Shown here: one piece after another, positions 1 through 10,389 of the stretch | Layout: each line of letters starts with the position of its first letter | Position numbering within the stretch: position 1 is the stretch's first letter | From: an uncultured Actinomycetes bacterium | Lineage (GTDB): Bacteria; Actinomycetota; UBA4738; HRBIN12 | Reading direction: 5' to 3' | Length of the DNA stretch: 64,000 bases | Assembly (NCBI GenBank): GCA_963714865.1 | Contig: CAVQPR010000001.1 | Span: forward strand, 2,316,173-2,380,172 | Notes under the pieces: generated by a model | What the model was told of the DNA's origin: nothing | Databases searched by the model: none | Seen by the model: only the letters and a program-made list of their open reading frames with translations | Program-made: the position numbers and the translations under genes

Positions 1-90
1 CTGCGGGTTGGCGATGCGGCCCCGCGCGTACGCGACGATCGCCCGCGCGAGGTCCTCGGTCTCGTCCGTGTAGCGGTGCATCTCCTGCAT
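1..90 (-). CDS. 5' end of an unidentified CDS running off the window (MQEMHRYTDETEDLARAIVAYARGRIANPQ...)
   Basis: ATG at 90 on the minus strand with a purine-rich stretch upstream. Open to the window edge. Lies directly downstream of the aminotransferase gene. Confidence 0.3.
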   Translation of the reverse strand, partial: MQEMHRYTDETEDLARAIVAYARGRIANPQ

Positions 91-155
91 GACTCACCCC
101 CGACACGCGAGAGCCGACCCGAGGGCCGGCCCGCCGCGTCTTGTCGCTGCCCGAT

Positions 156-1555
156 TCAGTTCGCGAGCGTCTGGCAGAACTCCCCGAACGCATCGACGTA
201 GACCTGGATGTCGTCTTCGGTGTGCTGCACCGAGATCGTCCACTGCTCCTCGTCGCCCGGGGTCATGAAGATGCCGCGGTTCATCATCCACGGGTACGAC
301 GCCCAGTACAGGTCGGGCAGCGTCTCGAGGAAGTCGCGATAGTTCGTGAGCTTGGTGGCCCGATACGACACGCACCCCTTGGCGCCCAGGTCGACCGTGT
401 GCGCCGGGATGCCGGTGTCGGCGATCGCTCGGTCGCATCCCTCGGCGAGCATCGTGCCGAGCTTGCCCAGGTAGTCGTAGGCATCCTTGGTGAGAACCTC
501 CGTCAGCGCCGCCAGGCCGGCCGCCACCGACAGCGGGTTGCCGTTGAAGGTGCCCTGCTGGGCGGCGCCCTTGCCGACGTATTCCATGAAGCGGGCCTCG
601 CCGCCGAAGGCGCCGATCGTCGCGCCGCCGCCGACCGCCTTCGCGAACGCCGCGAGATGCGGCTTCACGCCGTAGCGCTCGGCCGTCCCGCCGTAGGCGA
701 TGGTGCCGCCGCACTTGACCTCGTCGTAGATCAGGACCGCACCGGCCGCCTCGCAGGCATCGCGGAGCGCCTGCAGGTATCCGGGGGCGGGCTCGACGAT
801 GCCGATGTTCATCATCACCGGCTCGAGGATCACCGCGGCGACCTGGCCCTCGTTGTCACGCAGGGCCTCCGCCACGGCCGAGGCGTCGTTGAACGGCACG
901 ACGATCGTCGTGTCCCACAGGGCCTCGGGGACGCCCTTGGACGTGGGCTTCGTCGTGTACCAGGACTTGCCGCCCTGGTCGACGTCGAAGCGCATCCCGA
1001 GCGCGTCGGCCTCGGGCACGACGGAGAACAGCACCGAGTCGTGGTGGCCGTGGTACGAGCCCTCCATCTTGATGATCTTGTCCCGTCCGGTGGCGGCGCG
1101 CGCCACGCGGATCGCGTCCATCGTCGCCTCGGTGCCCGAGTTCACGAAGCGCATCTGCTCGCAGCTGGAAGCGCTCGCAGATCGCCTCGGCGAGCGTGAC
1201 GGTGGGCTCGGTCGTCACTGCGAAGTGGATCGCCTCGTCGGCCGCCCTGTGCAGGGCCTCGACGATCTTCGGATTCGCGTGGCCCACCACGTTCACGCCG
1301 AATCCGCCGTGGAAGTCCTTGTACTCGGTGCCGTCGACGTCCCATACCGACGATCCCCGGCCCTTGGCCAGGTAGACGGGGTAGGGGTCTCCGACCTGGA
1401 AGTTGGATGACCACGCCGCCCGGCAGGCTCTTGGTCGCCCGTGCGAACAGTCGCTCGGAGCCAGTCGTGCGTGACAGGAGCTGCTTGCCTTCGGATTCGG
1501 CGATCTCCGCCGCGCGCGCTTTGAGTCGATCGAGATCCACGCGTATCACCTCCAT
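156..1555 (-). pseudogene. Class-III PLP aminotransferase (glutamate-1-semialdehyde aminomutase-like), reading frame broken twice
   Basis: Three consecutive minus-strand frame segments join into one protein. Segment 1 is MEVIRVDL...KSLPGGV. Segment 2 is SSNFQVGDPYPVYLAKGRGSSVWDVDGTEYKDFHGGFGVNVVGHANPKIVEAL...AEAICERFQL. Segment 3 is EQMRFVNSGTEATMDAIRVARAATGRDKIIKMEGSYHGHHD... The length of 1400 nt equals 3n+2, consistent with two extra bases near 1160 and 1408. Confidence 0.7.
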
Positions 1556-1638
1556 AGAGTCGGTCAGATTACCCGGAGCCTGGTTGCTGAGGCAATGTGG
1601 CGTTGCGGTGGAACCCTTCTCACGCGGCCCGGCCGCGG

Positions 1639-2137
1639 TCAGGGGCGATAGTTCGTGAACTGCAGTGCGAGGCCGAAATCGTGGCCCTTGACCGCCGCTG
1701 ATGGCCTTCTGGAGGTCGTCCTTGCTCTTGCCGAGCACCCTGACCTGCGCGCCCTGGATCTGTGTCTGGGCCTTCGGGACGGCCTGGCGCACGAACTTGG
1801 AGATCTCCTTGGTCTTCTCGTCGCTGATCCCCGTCACGATCGTGATCGTCTGGCGGGCCGTGCCTTTGGCGGCGTCCTCGATCGGTCCGGCCTGCAGGGA
1901 CTTGACCGGGATCTGGCGCTTGATCGCCCGCTCCTGCAGCACCTGCCAGGCGGCCTTGAGCCGATCCTCGGTCGAGCTGTGAAGCTCGATCTTCTCCTCG
2001 CTGAGCTCAAGCGTGGTCCCGGTGTTCTTGAAGTCGAAGCGCTGGGAGATCTCGCGGGACGCCTGGTCGACCGCGTTGCGGACCTCCTGCAGGTCGACCT
2101 CGGAGACGATGTCGAAGGAGAACTGGTCTTTCGCCAT
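1639..2137 (-). pseudogene. yajQ: YajQ-family (UPF0234) nucleotide-binding protein, frame broken about 20 codons before the stop
   Basis: MAKDQFSFDIVSEVDLQEVRNAVDQASREISQRFDFKNT... aligns along its length with E. coli YajQ. After ...DDLQKAIS the canonical C-terminus VKGHDFGLALQFTNYRP-stop is found only in the adjacent frame. The length of 499 nt equals 3n+1. Confidence 0.75.
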
Positions 2138-2178
2138 GGGAGGGAGGATACCGGTTCGCTATCCTGTCGAGGCACCAC

Positions 2179-2263
2179 GGGAGGATGCCCGAGCGGCCAA
2201 AGGGAGCGGTCTGTAAAATCGCCGGCGATGCCTACGAAGGTTCGAATCCTTCTCCTCCCACCA
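2179..2263 (+). tRNA. tRNA-Tyr (anticodon GTA), type II long variable arm, CCA encoded
   Basis: Acceptor GGGAGGA/TCCTCCC, anticodon stem GCGGT/ATCGC with loop CTGTAAA, long variable arm, T-loop TTCGAAT, discriminator A followed by CCA. Confidence 0.9.
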
Positions 2264-2515
2264 ACCAACCAACGACACGACGACCGACGACGGTGGCCGT
2301 CCTCGAAACCCCAGGGGGAGAGCCACGTGCATCTTCTGCTGCTAGCCCCGGGCCCCGACGTCGCACGCTGAGGAAGCCCTGAGGTTCCATGGGTCCTCCG
2401 ATTCACGGATGACCTAGGAGCCGTGGGAGGAGGACGATCAGCACCGGGTGCTCAGTTTGAATAGGTCGTCATGAGCGGAGCTCGATACCTTTGATGGGAT
2501 CCCTAGGAGGTCTCG

Positions 2516-3550
2516 ATGCTCTCAACTTCTCGCGCCCGGCTGCTCTTGGTCGCGACAGCCACGCTGCTCGCTCTCGCGTCGTGCGGAACGTCCGATCCGG
2601 CAACCACCGATACCAACACAGACTCAGCGACGGATTCGACCACCGGCTCCTCCACGACATCGGACGGTCTGGATGTGGACAGATTCTTCGATGGCGCCTT
2701 CGCCGAGGAGGTCACCACGGAGGACTGCACCCTCAGCGGTGGCGAAGCGACCACCTGCTACCGGATCACCGTCGCCGGCTACCCGACCGACCATGACATC
2801 GGGCCGTTCTGCCCGGACACGATCACCGATGGCGCAGACGCGGGGGGCATCTGGTTCGACGGCGAAGGGGTGTACGACCTCTCCGGGCAGTTCATCAAGG
2901 ATCTGGCCACGACCTACGACGACGACAACTGGCACATGTACGACGACCAGGGCAACGTCCTGGTAACCGAGACCGCCGCCGAGTTCGAAGCCGCTGCCAG
3001 ACCCGACGTCGATCCGGCCCTCGAGAACCACTGCGTCGAGGGGCGACTCGCATGGCTCACGAACGGCGTGCCGATCACGACCACGGTGCTGATCCCGGTG
3101 ACTCCCGTGGCGGCCGACAGCAGTGCTGAGCCCCAGGGAAACCAGGGGGTCACGCTCGACGGGGTCGTGATCGCGGCGTCCGCTCCGGTGGATGCGATCC
3201 TGAGCGCCTACACGATCGCGGCGTTCGACGACTGCGGCGGCCACTTCAACCCCTTCGAGGGCTACCACATGCACGGCGCGGTCGGCTGCTCCGAAGTCGG
3301 TGAGGCCGCCGAAGGTGACACCCCGATCTTCGGCTACGCACTGGATGGCTACGCGCTCCACAGTCCGTTCGACGCCGGCGAGGAGCCGGCGGACCTGGAC
3401 GAGTGCAACGGCCACACCACCGATGCCGACGGGTACCACTACCACGCCAACAGCGCGGAGAAGAATCAGGTCGTGCAGTGCCTGGTCGGCCAGACCGTCG
3501 CAGTCACCGATGGAGCGGGTGGGGCGCCCGGCGGTGCCCCGCCAGGTTGA
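2516..3550 (+). CDS. YHYH-domain lipoprotein
   Basis: AGGAGG RBS 7 nt before the ATG. Signal peptide with lipobox LALASCG. C-terminal motifs GYHMHG and DADGYHYH are typical of the YHYH family. Confidence 0.7.
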   Translation: MLSTSRARLLLVATATLLALASCGTSDPATTDTNTDSATDSTTGSSTTSDGLDVDRFFDGAFAEEVTTEDCTLSGGEATTCYRITVAGYPTDHDIGPFCPDTITDGADAGGIWFDGEGVYDLSGQFIKDLATTYDDDNWHMYDDQGNVLVTETAAEFEAAARPDVDPALENHCVEGRLAWLTNGVPITTTVLIPVTPVAADSSAEPQGNQGVTLDGVVIAASAPVDAILSAYTIAAFDDCGGHFNPFEGYHMHGAVGCSEVGEAAEGDTPIFGYALDGYALHSPFDAGEEPADLDECNGHTTDADGYHYHANSAEKNQVVQCLVGQTVAVTDGAGGAPGGAPPG

Positions 3551-4090
3551 TCCATCCCGGCGTGAGGCCCTCAGGCCATCGGGTTTCAGGACGGTGAAAC
3601 GGGCGCCCTTCCCGGGCTCGCTCCCAGACCTGTCGGATTCCTTCGCCCGATACCGAGGCAACGCGTCACCGGCACATGCGACGCTTCCTCCTCGGCTCTC
3701 TTCGACGGCGGTGCCGTGCGCTCGGAGCGCCGACCCTGACACCCACACCCCAGAGCCCGACGACGTCGGTGCCGGGCACCTTCCTAGTCCAGCGCCGTCG
3801 GGGCCGGCGCTGACGCCAAGAACGATGAGGGCCCTGGCCCTCAGCCTCCTCCCCGGCGTCCCACTCGCGGGTGGCGTCTTCGGTGAGGGCAACAAGTCGG
3901 CCTCGGAGTACGGGGGCGCCGGGAGGCGGGCCGGCATGGCTCCGGGCGGGGCTCCCGCGGCGCCGCGGTGGTCGGTTCACGGCGGAGCTCTCGGAGCGTC
4001 ACGCGGTAGGAGGGCGCGACGCCGTCTTCCCGGTCAGACCGGCTCGTCAAACCGCAACCGCGCTGCGGTCGATCAGGTGGGGCTGCGACG

Positions 4091-5695
4091 TCACGGAGTT
4101 GCGAAAGGTGCGTCAGCCGCCGAATCCTCGGTATCGAGGAGATAGGTCACGACGTCGGTCGCCAAGTACCTGCGTCGACCGCCTCTCAGCAATCGACCCA
4201 GCGCCTTGACGTCGTCGCCGGCCGTCACGATCGGCGGCTCCTCGAGCCCCTGTCGACGTTGCCCGAGGCCCACCGTCGCGGCCAGGCCGTTGCACACGCA
4301 CTTTCGGCCATCGAGCTCGGTGGGAGCACCGCCCTTGCGCAGGTAGTCGGCGGCGGGCTCGGCCGGGCACCGGTATCCGAGTCGACCCTGCGGTGTCACG
4401 AACACCTCGCGCAGGTACCCGAGGTCGCACTTACGTTCGCGACCGATGGCTATCACTGTGTCCGAGAGCGTGCCCTCCAGGCTGACCACCTTGAACGGGA
4501 ACCCCGTGGGGGAAGCGAGCGGGTCCGTGAACACGGTCGCGGCCCCCGACTCCACCTCGTGGAGGACCTGTTCTCGTAGCGCCGGCGCGATGCCCGATTC
4601 CTCGCAGAACGCGAAGAGCGTTCCCACCTGGATGCCGACTGCCCCGGCCTCGAGTGCGAGGCGCAGCCGTTCGGGTGTGGCCTGCCCTCCCGCGAGCCAG
4701 AACGGGAGGCCGAGCTCGCCGACCTTCGCCAGGTCGACCTCGTCTCGAGGCCCGTAGACGGGCTGGCCCTCCTCAAGAGGGGCTGACCCCCGCGGCGGGG
4801 CGTTGTGACCCCCGGCCGTCGGCCCTTCGATCACGAACCCATCGACGCCCGGGGTCTTGCGGGCGAGGCTGATCGCGAGGGCCGTCGAGGCGATGATCGC
4901 CAGGAACATCGGTCGCGCCAGCGGCGGGCCCGGCTCCGACACGACGCGCTTCGGATCGAAGTCGAGGGTGACGCGGTCACCGTTCACGACGTGCAGCGGC
5001 AGGGCAACCCGGTGGTGATCGGCCAGCCCATCGAGTAGCTGGGGGATCTCGCGGGGGATACCTGCGCCGACGAGCACGGCATCGACTCCGGCGAGCATCG
5101 CCCCATACAGGGTCGGCGGCGTCGGCAACTGGACCTTTTCGAGGAAGTTGATCCCGACGACCCCGTCGTGGCCCTCCTTCGCGAGCCACACCTCAACGAA
5201 ACCACCCATCGTTGCGAGGTCGAGGCTTGGACCGCGTGGCTCGGCGGTGAACATCGGCACGGATCTGAAGGCCGCCTCAGGGTCGATGCCTCCCTTCACG
5301 AAGTAGCCGTCGAAGATCCGCTGGGCCACATCGGGGTCGGGGTAGGCCGCCATGGCCCGGCGGACATCGCCGTCGGGATCGCCCAACTGCAGCCGCCGGG
5401 CGAGCACCATGTCGAGTGCGGTGCCGGACACGACTCCGAGTTGCCCGGTGCGCGAGACCGCGCCAGCGAGCCGCCACCCTGAGACCGCCACGCCCATGCC
5501 GCCTTGGATGATCGGCGGCAGGTGGTTCACAACATGCCCCGAGCGAGGACTGAACGGAGCGAGATCTGGAGCAAGATCAGGAGCGAGCGTTGCACGCACC
5601 AAGGCTAGCAGGGGGGCGGCTCGGACCAGCGCGGTCGTCTCGCGGTTGCGGCCGGTGCCCGCCTCCCCAGCCGGTTGCTCGAGTCCGGCCGTCAC
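4091..5695 (-). CDS. Nitronate monooxygenase / NPD-family FMN oxidoreductase (start uncertain, possibly the GTG at 5530)
   Basis: LPPIIQGGMGVAVSGWRLAGAVSRTGQLGVVSG near the N-terminus and FVIEGPTAGGHN mid-protein. The first ~55 codons of the longest ORF (LAPDLAPDLAP low complexity) may not be translated. Confidence 0.7.
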   Translation of the reverse strand: MTAGLEQPAGEAGTGRNRETTALVRAAPLLALVRATLAPDLAPDLAPFSPRSGHVVNHLPPIIQGGMGVAVSGWRLAGAVSRTGQLGVVSGTALDMVLARRLQLGDPDGDVRRAMAAYPDPDVAQRIFDGYFVKGGIDPEAAFRSVPMFTAEPRGPSLDLATMGGFVEVWLAKEGHDGVVGINFLEKVQLPTPPTLYGAMLAGVDAVLVGAGIPREIPQLLDGLADHHRVALPLHVVNGDRVTLDFDPKRVVSEPGPPLARPMFLAIIASTALAISLARKTPGVDGFVIEGPTAGGHNAPPRGSAPLEEGQPVYGPRDEVDLAKVGELGLPFWLAGGQATPERLRLALEAGAVGIQVGTLFAFCEESGIAPALREQVLHEVESGAATVFTDPLASPTGFPFKVVSLEGTLSDTVIAIGRERKCDLGYLREVFVTPQGRLGYRCPAEPAADYLRKGGAPTELDGRKCVCNGLAATVGLGQRRQGLEEPPIVTAGDDVKALGRLLRGGRRRYLATDVVTYLLDTEDSAADAPFATP

Positions 5696-5715
5696 CGCGT
5701 GAGAGCATCGGCAGC

Positions 5716-6939
5716 GTGAGGCCCCGCGTGACGACCGCGCTCTACCAGTCCACCGCGCGCGTGTGGCTCACCCTCGCTGCACTTTCGTTCTTGCTCCCGA
5801 CCCGGTGGCGGGTCGGGCTCTGGTTGCCCCTGCACCTGACCCTGGCGGGCGCCGTTTCGACCGCGATCTCGGGCGCGATGCAGAACTTCATGCTGGCGCT
5901 GACCGCGTCCCCGGATCCGCCAGGCCGCGCGGTGCGGGCGCAGTTCGGTCTCGTGACGGCAGGGGCCGCGATGATCGCGATCGGGATGCCGACGACGACC
6001 CCTTGGCTCACCGGTCTGGGCGGGGTCGCGTTCGTCGGCGCGATGGTGCTGCTCGGTTGGATGCTCGTTCGGGCGTGGCGCCGTGCGCTGAACGTCCGCC
6101 ACGGCGTGCCGCTGTTCGCCTACGGCGCGGCGATCGGGTTCGCGCTGGTGGGCGGGGCGCTGGGCGCCCTGATGGGGACCCGGGCGGTGCCGGACGAGCT
6201 GTACCTCCAGGTCCGGCACGCCCATCTGACGGCGAATGTCCTCGGCTGGGCGTCGCTCACCGTGGTGGGCACGTTGATCACCCTACTGCCGACGGCTCTC
6301 CGGGTCAGGATGCCGCAGCGCAGGGAGCTCATCGTGGTGGGTCTGCTCGTGGCGGGTGTTGCCCTCCAGGTCGTGGGCTGGCTCGCCGACTCGACGCCCG
6401 TGCTTGCGGCCGGCGGGGTGGCGTTCGCGGCGGGGGCGGTCGGGTTCATCGGGTTCGTCGCAGCCGTGCTGCAAGCCGAACGCCGGTGGGCCGTCCCGGC
6501 CGCGGCCTTCCACATGCTCGCGGCGTTCGCGTGGTTCGTCGTGGGGTCGATCGGGCTCTCGATCGCCCTGTTCGACGGCCCTCCGGGCGCCGCCCGCTAC
6601 CGGGAGGTGTTCCTGACGGCGTTCGTCGGTGGATGGCTCGTACAGGTGCTGCTGGGGGCCTGGTCCTATCTGCTGCCCATGGCACGCCGGGGACACCCTA
6701 CGGACCGTCGTCGCTGGCTGTCGGTGTTCGAGCTGGCTGCGCCACCCCAAGTGGTACTTCTGAACGGCGGCCTGCTGCTGGTGGCGGGAACGGGAGCCGG
6801 GTGGCTCGGTCCCGGGCTCGGCAAGGTAGGCGCCGTGGTCGCGTTCGTGGGCGGCGGCACCGCCCTCGCGAAGACGTGGCTGTTCGCGGCGGCCGACTGG
6901 CCAGCGACGGCACGGGGGCGTGCCGTGTGGGGCGAGTAA
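5716..6939 (+). CDS. Polytopic membrane protein, unassigned (weak NnrS-like HAH motif)
   Basis: About 12 hydrophobic segments over 407 aa, including RHAHLTANVLGW. GTG at 5716 chosen as start; the longest ORF begins at 5590. Confidence 0.5.
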   Translation: MRPRVTTALYQSTARVWLTLAALSFLLPTRWRVGLWLPLHLTLAGAVSTAISGAMQNFMLALTASPDPPGRAVRAQFGLVTAGAAMIAIGMPTTTPWLTGLGGVAFVGAMVLLGWMLVRAWRRALNVRHGVPLFAYGAAIGFALVGGALGALMGTRAVPDELYLQVRHAHLTANVLGWASLTVVGTLITLLPTALRVRMPQRRELIVVGLLVAGVALQVVGWLADSTPVLAAGGVAFAAGAVGFIGFVAAVLQAERRWAVPAAAFHMLAAFAWFVVGSIGLSIALFDGPPGAARYREVFLTAFVGGWLVQVLLGAWSYLLPMARRGHPTDRRRWLSVFELAAPPQVVLLNGGLLLVAGTGAGWLGPGLGKVGAVVAFVGGGTALAKTWLFAAADWPATARGRAVWGE

Positions 6940-7017
6940 CTGCCGGATGTTGGGGAAAAGGTCCTACTCGATGATGGCCGAACGGCCCGGCGGTCTCGAG
7001 CTGGGAGCCTCGACGAT

Positions 7018-8100
7018 ATGGAAGACTCTGGACGGCTCACGTGGAGGGATCTGATGGATCGGACGCAGCGTGACGGGGGCGGCGCAGGGCGGCAGAGTCT
7101 GCGCGCGAGCATCGCAGGCGGCGTGGCTGCCGCGGTCCTGACTCTGCTGGTCTTCGCCGGGAGCGACGCCCTTCGCAACTTCGACGCCGCCCTGGTCGGC
7201 TACGCGACCGCAACGATCGTGCTCACGTTCGGCGTCGTCTACCGCTACGCGATGTGGGTGCAGACCCCGCCCACCCGCCGCTATCTCTTGAAGGGCTGGT
7301 CGGCGTTCTTCTCGATGCGCAACTTCCGGCGCTTCCCGACGATGGTGCCGCGGGCGCTCGTCGGGTACCTCGGGTTGCAGACGTTCATCAAGCGGCGAGG
7401 CGTCGCGAGGTGGGTCGCGCACCAGGCGCTCTTCTGGGGCGTGATGATCGCCACCCTCATGACGTTCACGCTTGCGTGGGGGTGGATCCATTTCGAGGCC
7501 ACCGACGAGCAGCAGTACGAGATGTTCGTCTTCAGCATGAAGGTCATGACGTTCGCGCCGTTCACGTGGTGGGCGTGGATCACGTTCCACGTGCTCGATG
7601 TCGCTGCGGTGCTAGTGGTCGCGGGATGCGGGTACTTCCTGTGGCGCCGCGTCCGCGATCGTGAGACAGGGAGCGGACAGCGGCTCGGCTACGACTTCCT
7701 GCCGCTGGTCGCGCTCGTCGCGATCTCGGTAACGGGCCTGCTGCTCACGTTCTCGAGCGCGCTGCTCGACGGTGCGGGCTACGAGTTCTTGGCGATCCTG
7801 CACATGGGGGTCGTCGTCTTGTCGTTGATCTTCATCCCGTTCGGGAAGTTCTTCCACGTGATCCAGCGACCGGCCACGGTGGGGGTGCATATGTACAAAC
7901 GAACATCACAGGAGCGCGACGGCATCGTGCACTGCGCTCGCTGCGGCGCGCCGCTCGAGGGCGCGGCCTTCTTGCAGAACCTGCAGGAGACGATGGATGA
8001 ACTCGACCTGAGGTATCGGGAGCTGGTCGAGACCTGCCCCCGGTGTAAACGCATCGAGCGCGGGCAGGCCTATCTGGACCAGGTGAAGCGAGGGTTCTAG
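7018..8100 (+). CDS. NarI/DsrM-like membrane b-type cytochrome subunit with C-terminal CxxC...CxxC zinc-ribbon
   Basis: Five to six TM helices with conserved His residues (VAHQALFWG, ILHMGVVV, IPFGKFFHVIQRP). The tail carries CARCGAPL...CPRCKR. The stop abuts the GTG of the Mo subunit with no gap. Confidence 0.5.
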   Translation: MEDSGRLTWRDLMDRTQRDGGGAGRQSLRASIAGGVAAAVLTLLVFAGSDALRNFDAALVGYATATIVLTFGVVYRYAMWVQTPPTRRYLLKGWSAFFSMRNFRRFPTMVPRALVGYLGLQTFIKRRGVARWVAHQALFWGVMIATLMTFTLAWGWIHFEATDEQQYEMFVFSMKVMTFAPFTWWAWITFHVLDVAAVLVVAGCGYFLWRRVRDRETGSGQRLGYDFLPLVALVAISVTGLLLTFSSALLDGAGYEFLAILHMGVVVLSLIFIPFGKFFHVIQRPATVGVHMYKRTSQERDGIVHCARCGAPLEGAAFLQNLQETMDELDLRYRELVETCPRCKRIERGQAYLDQVKRGF

Positions 8101-10389
8101 GTGAGCGACCTCTCGAGCTACCCGATCATCCCGCCCGGCGTCTCCGACTTCAGGGAGGCAGGCGGCGCGCCGCCTGGCGAACGGCGCGCTCCCGGGCCCG
8201 AGGACCTGCGCCTGGTGCCGACCCACTGCTGCTACTGCGGCGTTCAGTGCGGCATGTTCCTCAAGGTCGACGGGAGCGGCCGTGTCCTGGGTGTCGAGCC
8301 GAGTGACCACGACATCAACAAGGGGAAGCTCTGTCCGAAGGGTGTGACCGCCTACCAGCAGGTGAACCACCCCGACCGGATCATGCACCCCTTGATCCGC
8401 GACGCGCGTGGACATGATCTCCGACGAGCGTCGTGGGACGAGGCGCTCGATCGGGTGGCCTCAGAGATCCAGCGGATCCAGGGTGCGTACGGGCGGGATG
8501 CGTTCGGCGTGTACTCCGGATCCTCGCTCGTCACCGAGAACACCTACCTGATGGGCAAGTTCGCTCGCGTGGCGCTCCGCACGCGGCATATCGATTACAA
8601 CGGTCGCCTCTGCATGGTGAGCGCTGCCGCCGCGAACAAGAAGGCCTTCGGCATCGACCGCGCGGCGAGCCCGTGGCAGGACATGCTCTCCACGCAACTG
8701 ATGCTCTTCGCCGGTGCGAACGTCGCGGAGTGCTTCCCGGTGATGTCCCACTACGTGTGGGGCGCGCGGGACCGTGGGGCGAAGCTGATCGTGGTCGACC
8801 CGCGCGAGACGCCACTCGCGCGTACCGCCGATCTGCACGTGCCGCTGCGCCCGGGCACCGATGCCGCGTTCTTCAACGCCGTGCTGCACGTGATCGAGCG
8901 CGAAGGGTGGCTCGACGACGCGTTCATCTCCTCGCGAACCCTGGGTTGGGACGACGTTCGCGACGTCGTACGCACGTACGATCCCGGACGCGCCGCCGCG
9001 ATCTGCGGCATCGATCCCGAGCTGATCCTGCGGACCGCCACGATGTGGGGCGCGGCCGAGCGCGCGATGGCGTTCCACGCGCGCGGGATCGAGCATCAGA
9101 TCCAGGGCGTCGAGAACGCACTCAGCATCATCAATCTCGTGCTCGCCACCGGTCAGATCGGCGCCGAGGGCAAGGGCTACGGCACGATCACCGGTCAGGG
9201 CAACGGCCAGGGGGGCCGCGAGCACGGCCAGAAGTCGGATCAGCTGCCTGGCGCGCGCGACATCGAGAACCCGGAGCATCGCGCGTTCATCGCCGACTTC
9301 TGGGGGATCGACGAGGCCCAGCTCCCGCATGCGGGCGTGAGCGCCGTCGAGCTCGTCCACCTCATGGAGACGGGGGAGGTCCGAGGTTTCCTGGCCCTGT
9401 GCAACAACCCGTTCGTTTCGATGCCGAACGCGTCGCGGATCGAGGCCTGCTACGAGCGGCTCGAGTTCCATGTGCAACTCGACTTCTTCCTGAGTGAGAC
9501 GGCCGCGCGAGCCGATGTCGTGCTGCCCAGCACGACATGGGCCGAGGAGGGTGGCACCACGACGAACGCCGAGGGACGCGTGATCCTGCGACACCGCGCC
9601 GCCGAGCCGCCCGGCGAGGCGCGTCCGGACTGGTGGATCATCGGCCAGATCGCCGAGCGGCTCGGCGTAGGCGACAAGCTGACGTTCGGATCGGTGGAGG
9701 AGATCTTCGAAGAGCTGCGATGGGCCACGAAGGGCGGCGTGGCCGACTACAGCGGGATCACCTACGCTCGCCTCGAGGAGACCGGCGGCTTGTTCTGGCC
9801 GGTGCCGAGCGAGGATCATCCGGGGACGCCGCGGCTGTTCGAGGAGCGGTTCAATTTCCCCGACGGCAAGGCGCGATTCAACCCGGTCGAGTGGCACCAG
9901 CCCGCCGAGCCCGTCGACGACGACTACCCGCTCCGCCTCACGACCGGCCGTACCGTGGCGCACTTCCTCTCGGGGAATCAGACGCGGCGGATCGGCGCGC
10001 TGGTCGAGCAGACGCCCCGGCCGTGGGTCGAGGTGCATCCCTCGCTCGGGTTCGCGAGCGGCGACCCGGTGCGGGTCGCGACGCGTCGCGGCGAGATCAC
10101 GCTGCCTGCGCTCGTGACGGACACGATCCGGGCCGACACCGTCTTCGTCCCCTACCACTGGGCCGGAGCCGCCGCCGCGAACCTGATGACGGTCGACGCC
10201 TTGCATCCCGTGAGCCGGATCCCCGAGTACAAGGTGTGCGCGTGCCGCGTGGAGCTCGGAGCCAAGATCACGCCGTCGCCTGCACCACCGAACCCGCCGG
10301 GCTCGGCGGTGGACGCCGTGGCGTCGCTCACGACCTCCGATCTGCGGCAGCCGAGCGCGCCGCAGGGGAGGGGGACGTCGGACGCATGA
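8101..10389 (+). CDS. Molybdopterin (bis-PGD) oxidoreductase catalytic subunit, NarB/NasA-like
   Basis: N-terminal 4Fe-4S motif HCCYCGVQCGMF...KGKLCPKG. Other hallmark motifs are GRLCMVSAAAANKKAFG, ITGQGNGQGGREHGQK and a C-terminal TTGRTVAHFLSG...VPYHW barrel. No twin-arginine signal is visible. Confidence 0.85.
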   Translation: MSDLSSYPIIPPGVSDFREAGGAPPGERRAPGPEDLRLVPTHCCYCGVQCGMFLKVDGSGRVLGVEPSDHDINKGKLCPKGVTAYQQVNHPDRIMHPLIRDARGHDLRRASWDEALDRVASEIQRIQGAYGRDAFGVYSGSSLVTENTYLMGKFARVALRTRHIDYNGRLCMVSAAAANKKAFGIDRAASPWQDMLSTQLMLFAGANVAECFPVMSHYVWGARDRGAKLIVVDPRETPLARTADLHVPLRPGTDAAFFNAVLHVIEREGWLDDAFISSRTLGWDDVRDVVRTYDPGRAAAICGIDPELILRTATMWGAAERAMAFHARGIEHQIQGVENALSIINLVLATGQIGAEGKGYGTITGQGNGQGGREHGQKSDQLPGARDIENPEHRAFIADFWGIDEAQLPHAGVSAVELVHLMETGEVRGFLALCNNPFVSMPNASRIEACYERLEFHVQLDFFLSETAARADVVLPSTTWAEEGGTTTNAEGRVILRHRAAEPPGEARPDWWIIGQIAERLGVGDKLTFGSVEEIFEELRWATKGGVADYSGITYARLEETGGLFWPVPSEDHPGTPRLFEERFNFPDGKARFNPVEWHQPAEPVDDDYPLRLTTGRTVAHFLSGNQTRRIGALVEQTPRPWVEVHPSLGFASGDPVRVATRRGEITLPALVTDTIRADTVFVPYHWAGAAAANLMTVDALHPVSRIPEYKVCACRVELGAKITPSPAPPNPPGSAVDAVASLTTSDLRQPSAPQGRGTSDA

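Noticed and set aside
3300-4145. 281-aa plus-strand ORF and the overlapping 2624-3937 minus-strand ORF in the unassigned gap
   Set aside because: Both overlap the well-supported YHYH gene in other frames, are Arg/Pro/Ala-rich, and lack start context.
8461-10206. 581-aa minus-strand ORF, plus the 8433-9497 and 9537-10385 plus-strand alternate frames
   Set aside because: They are antisense or out of frame relative to the molybdopterin oxidoreductase. They have Arg/Gly/Pro-rich composition and no RBS.
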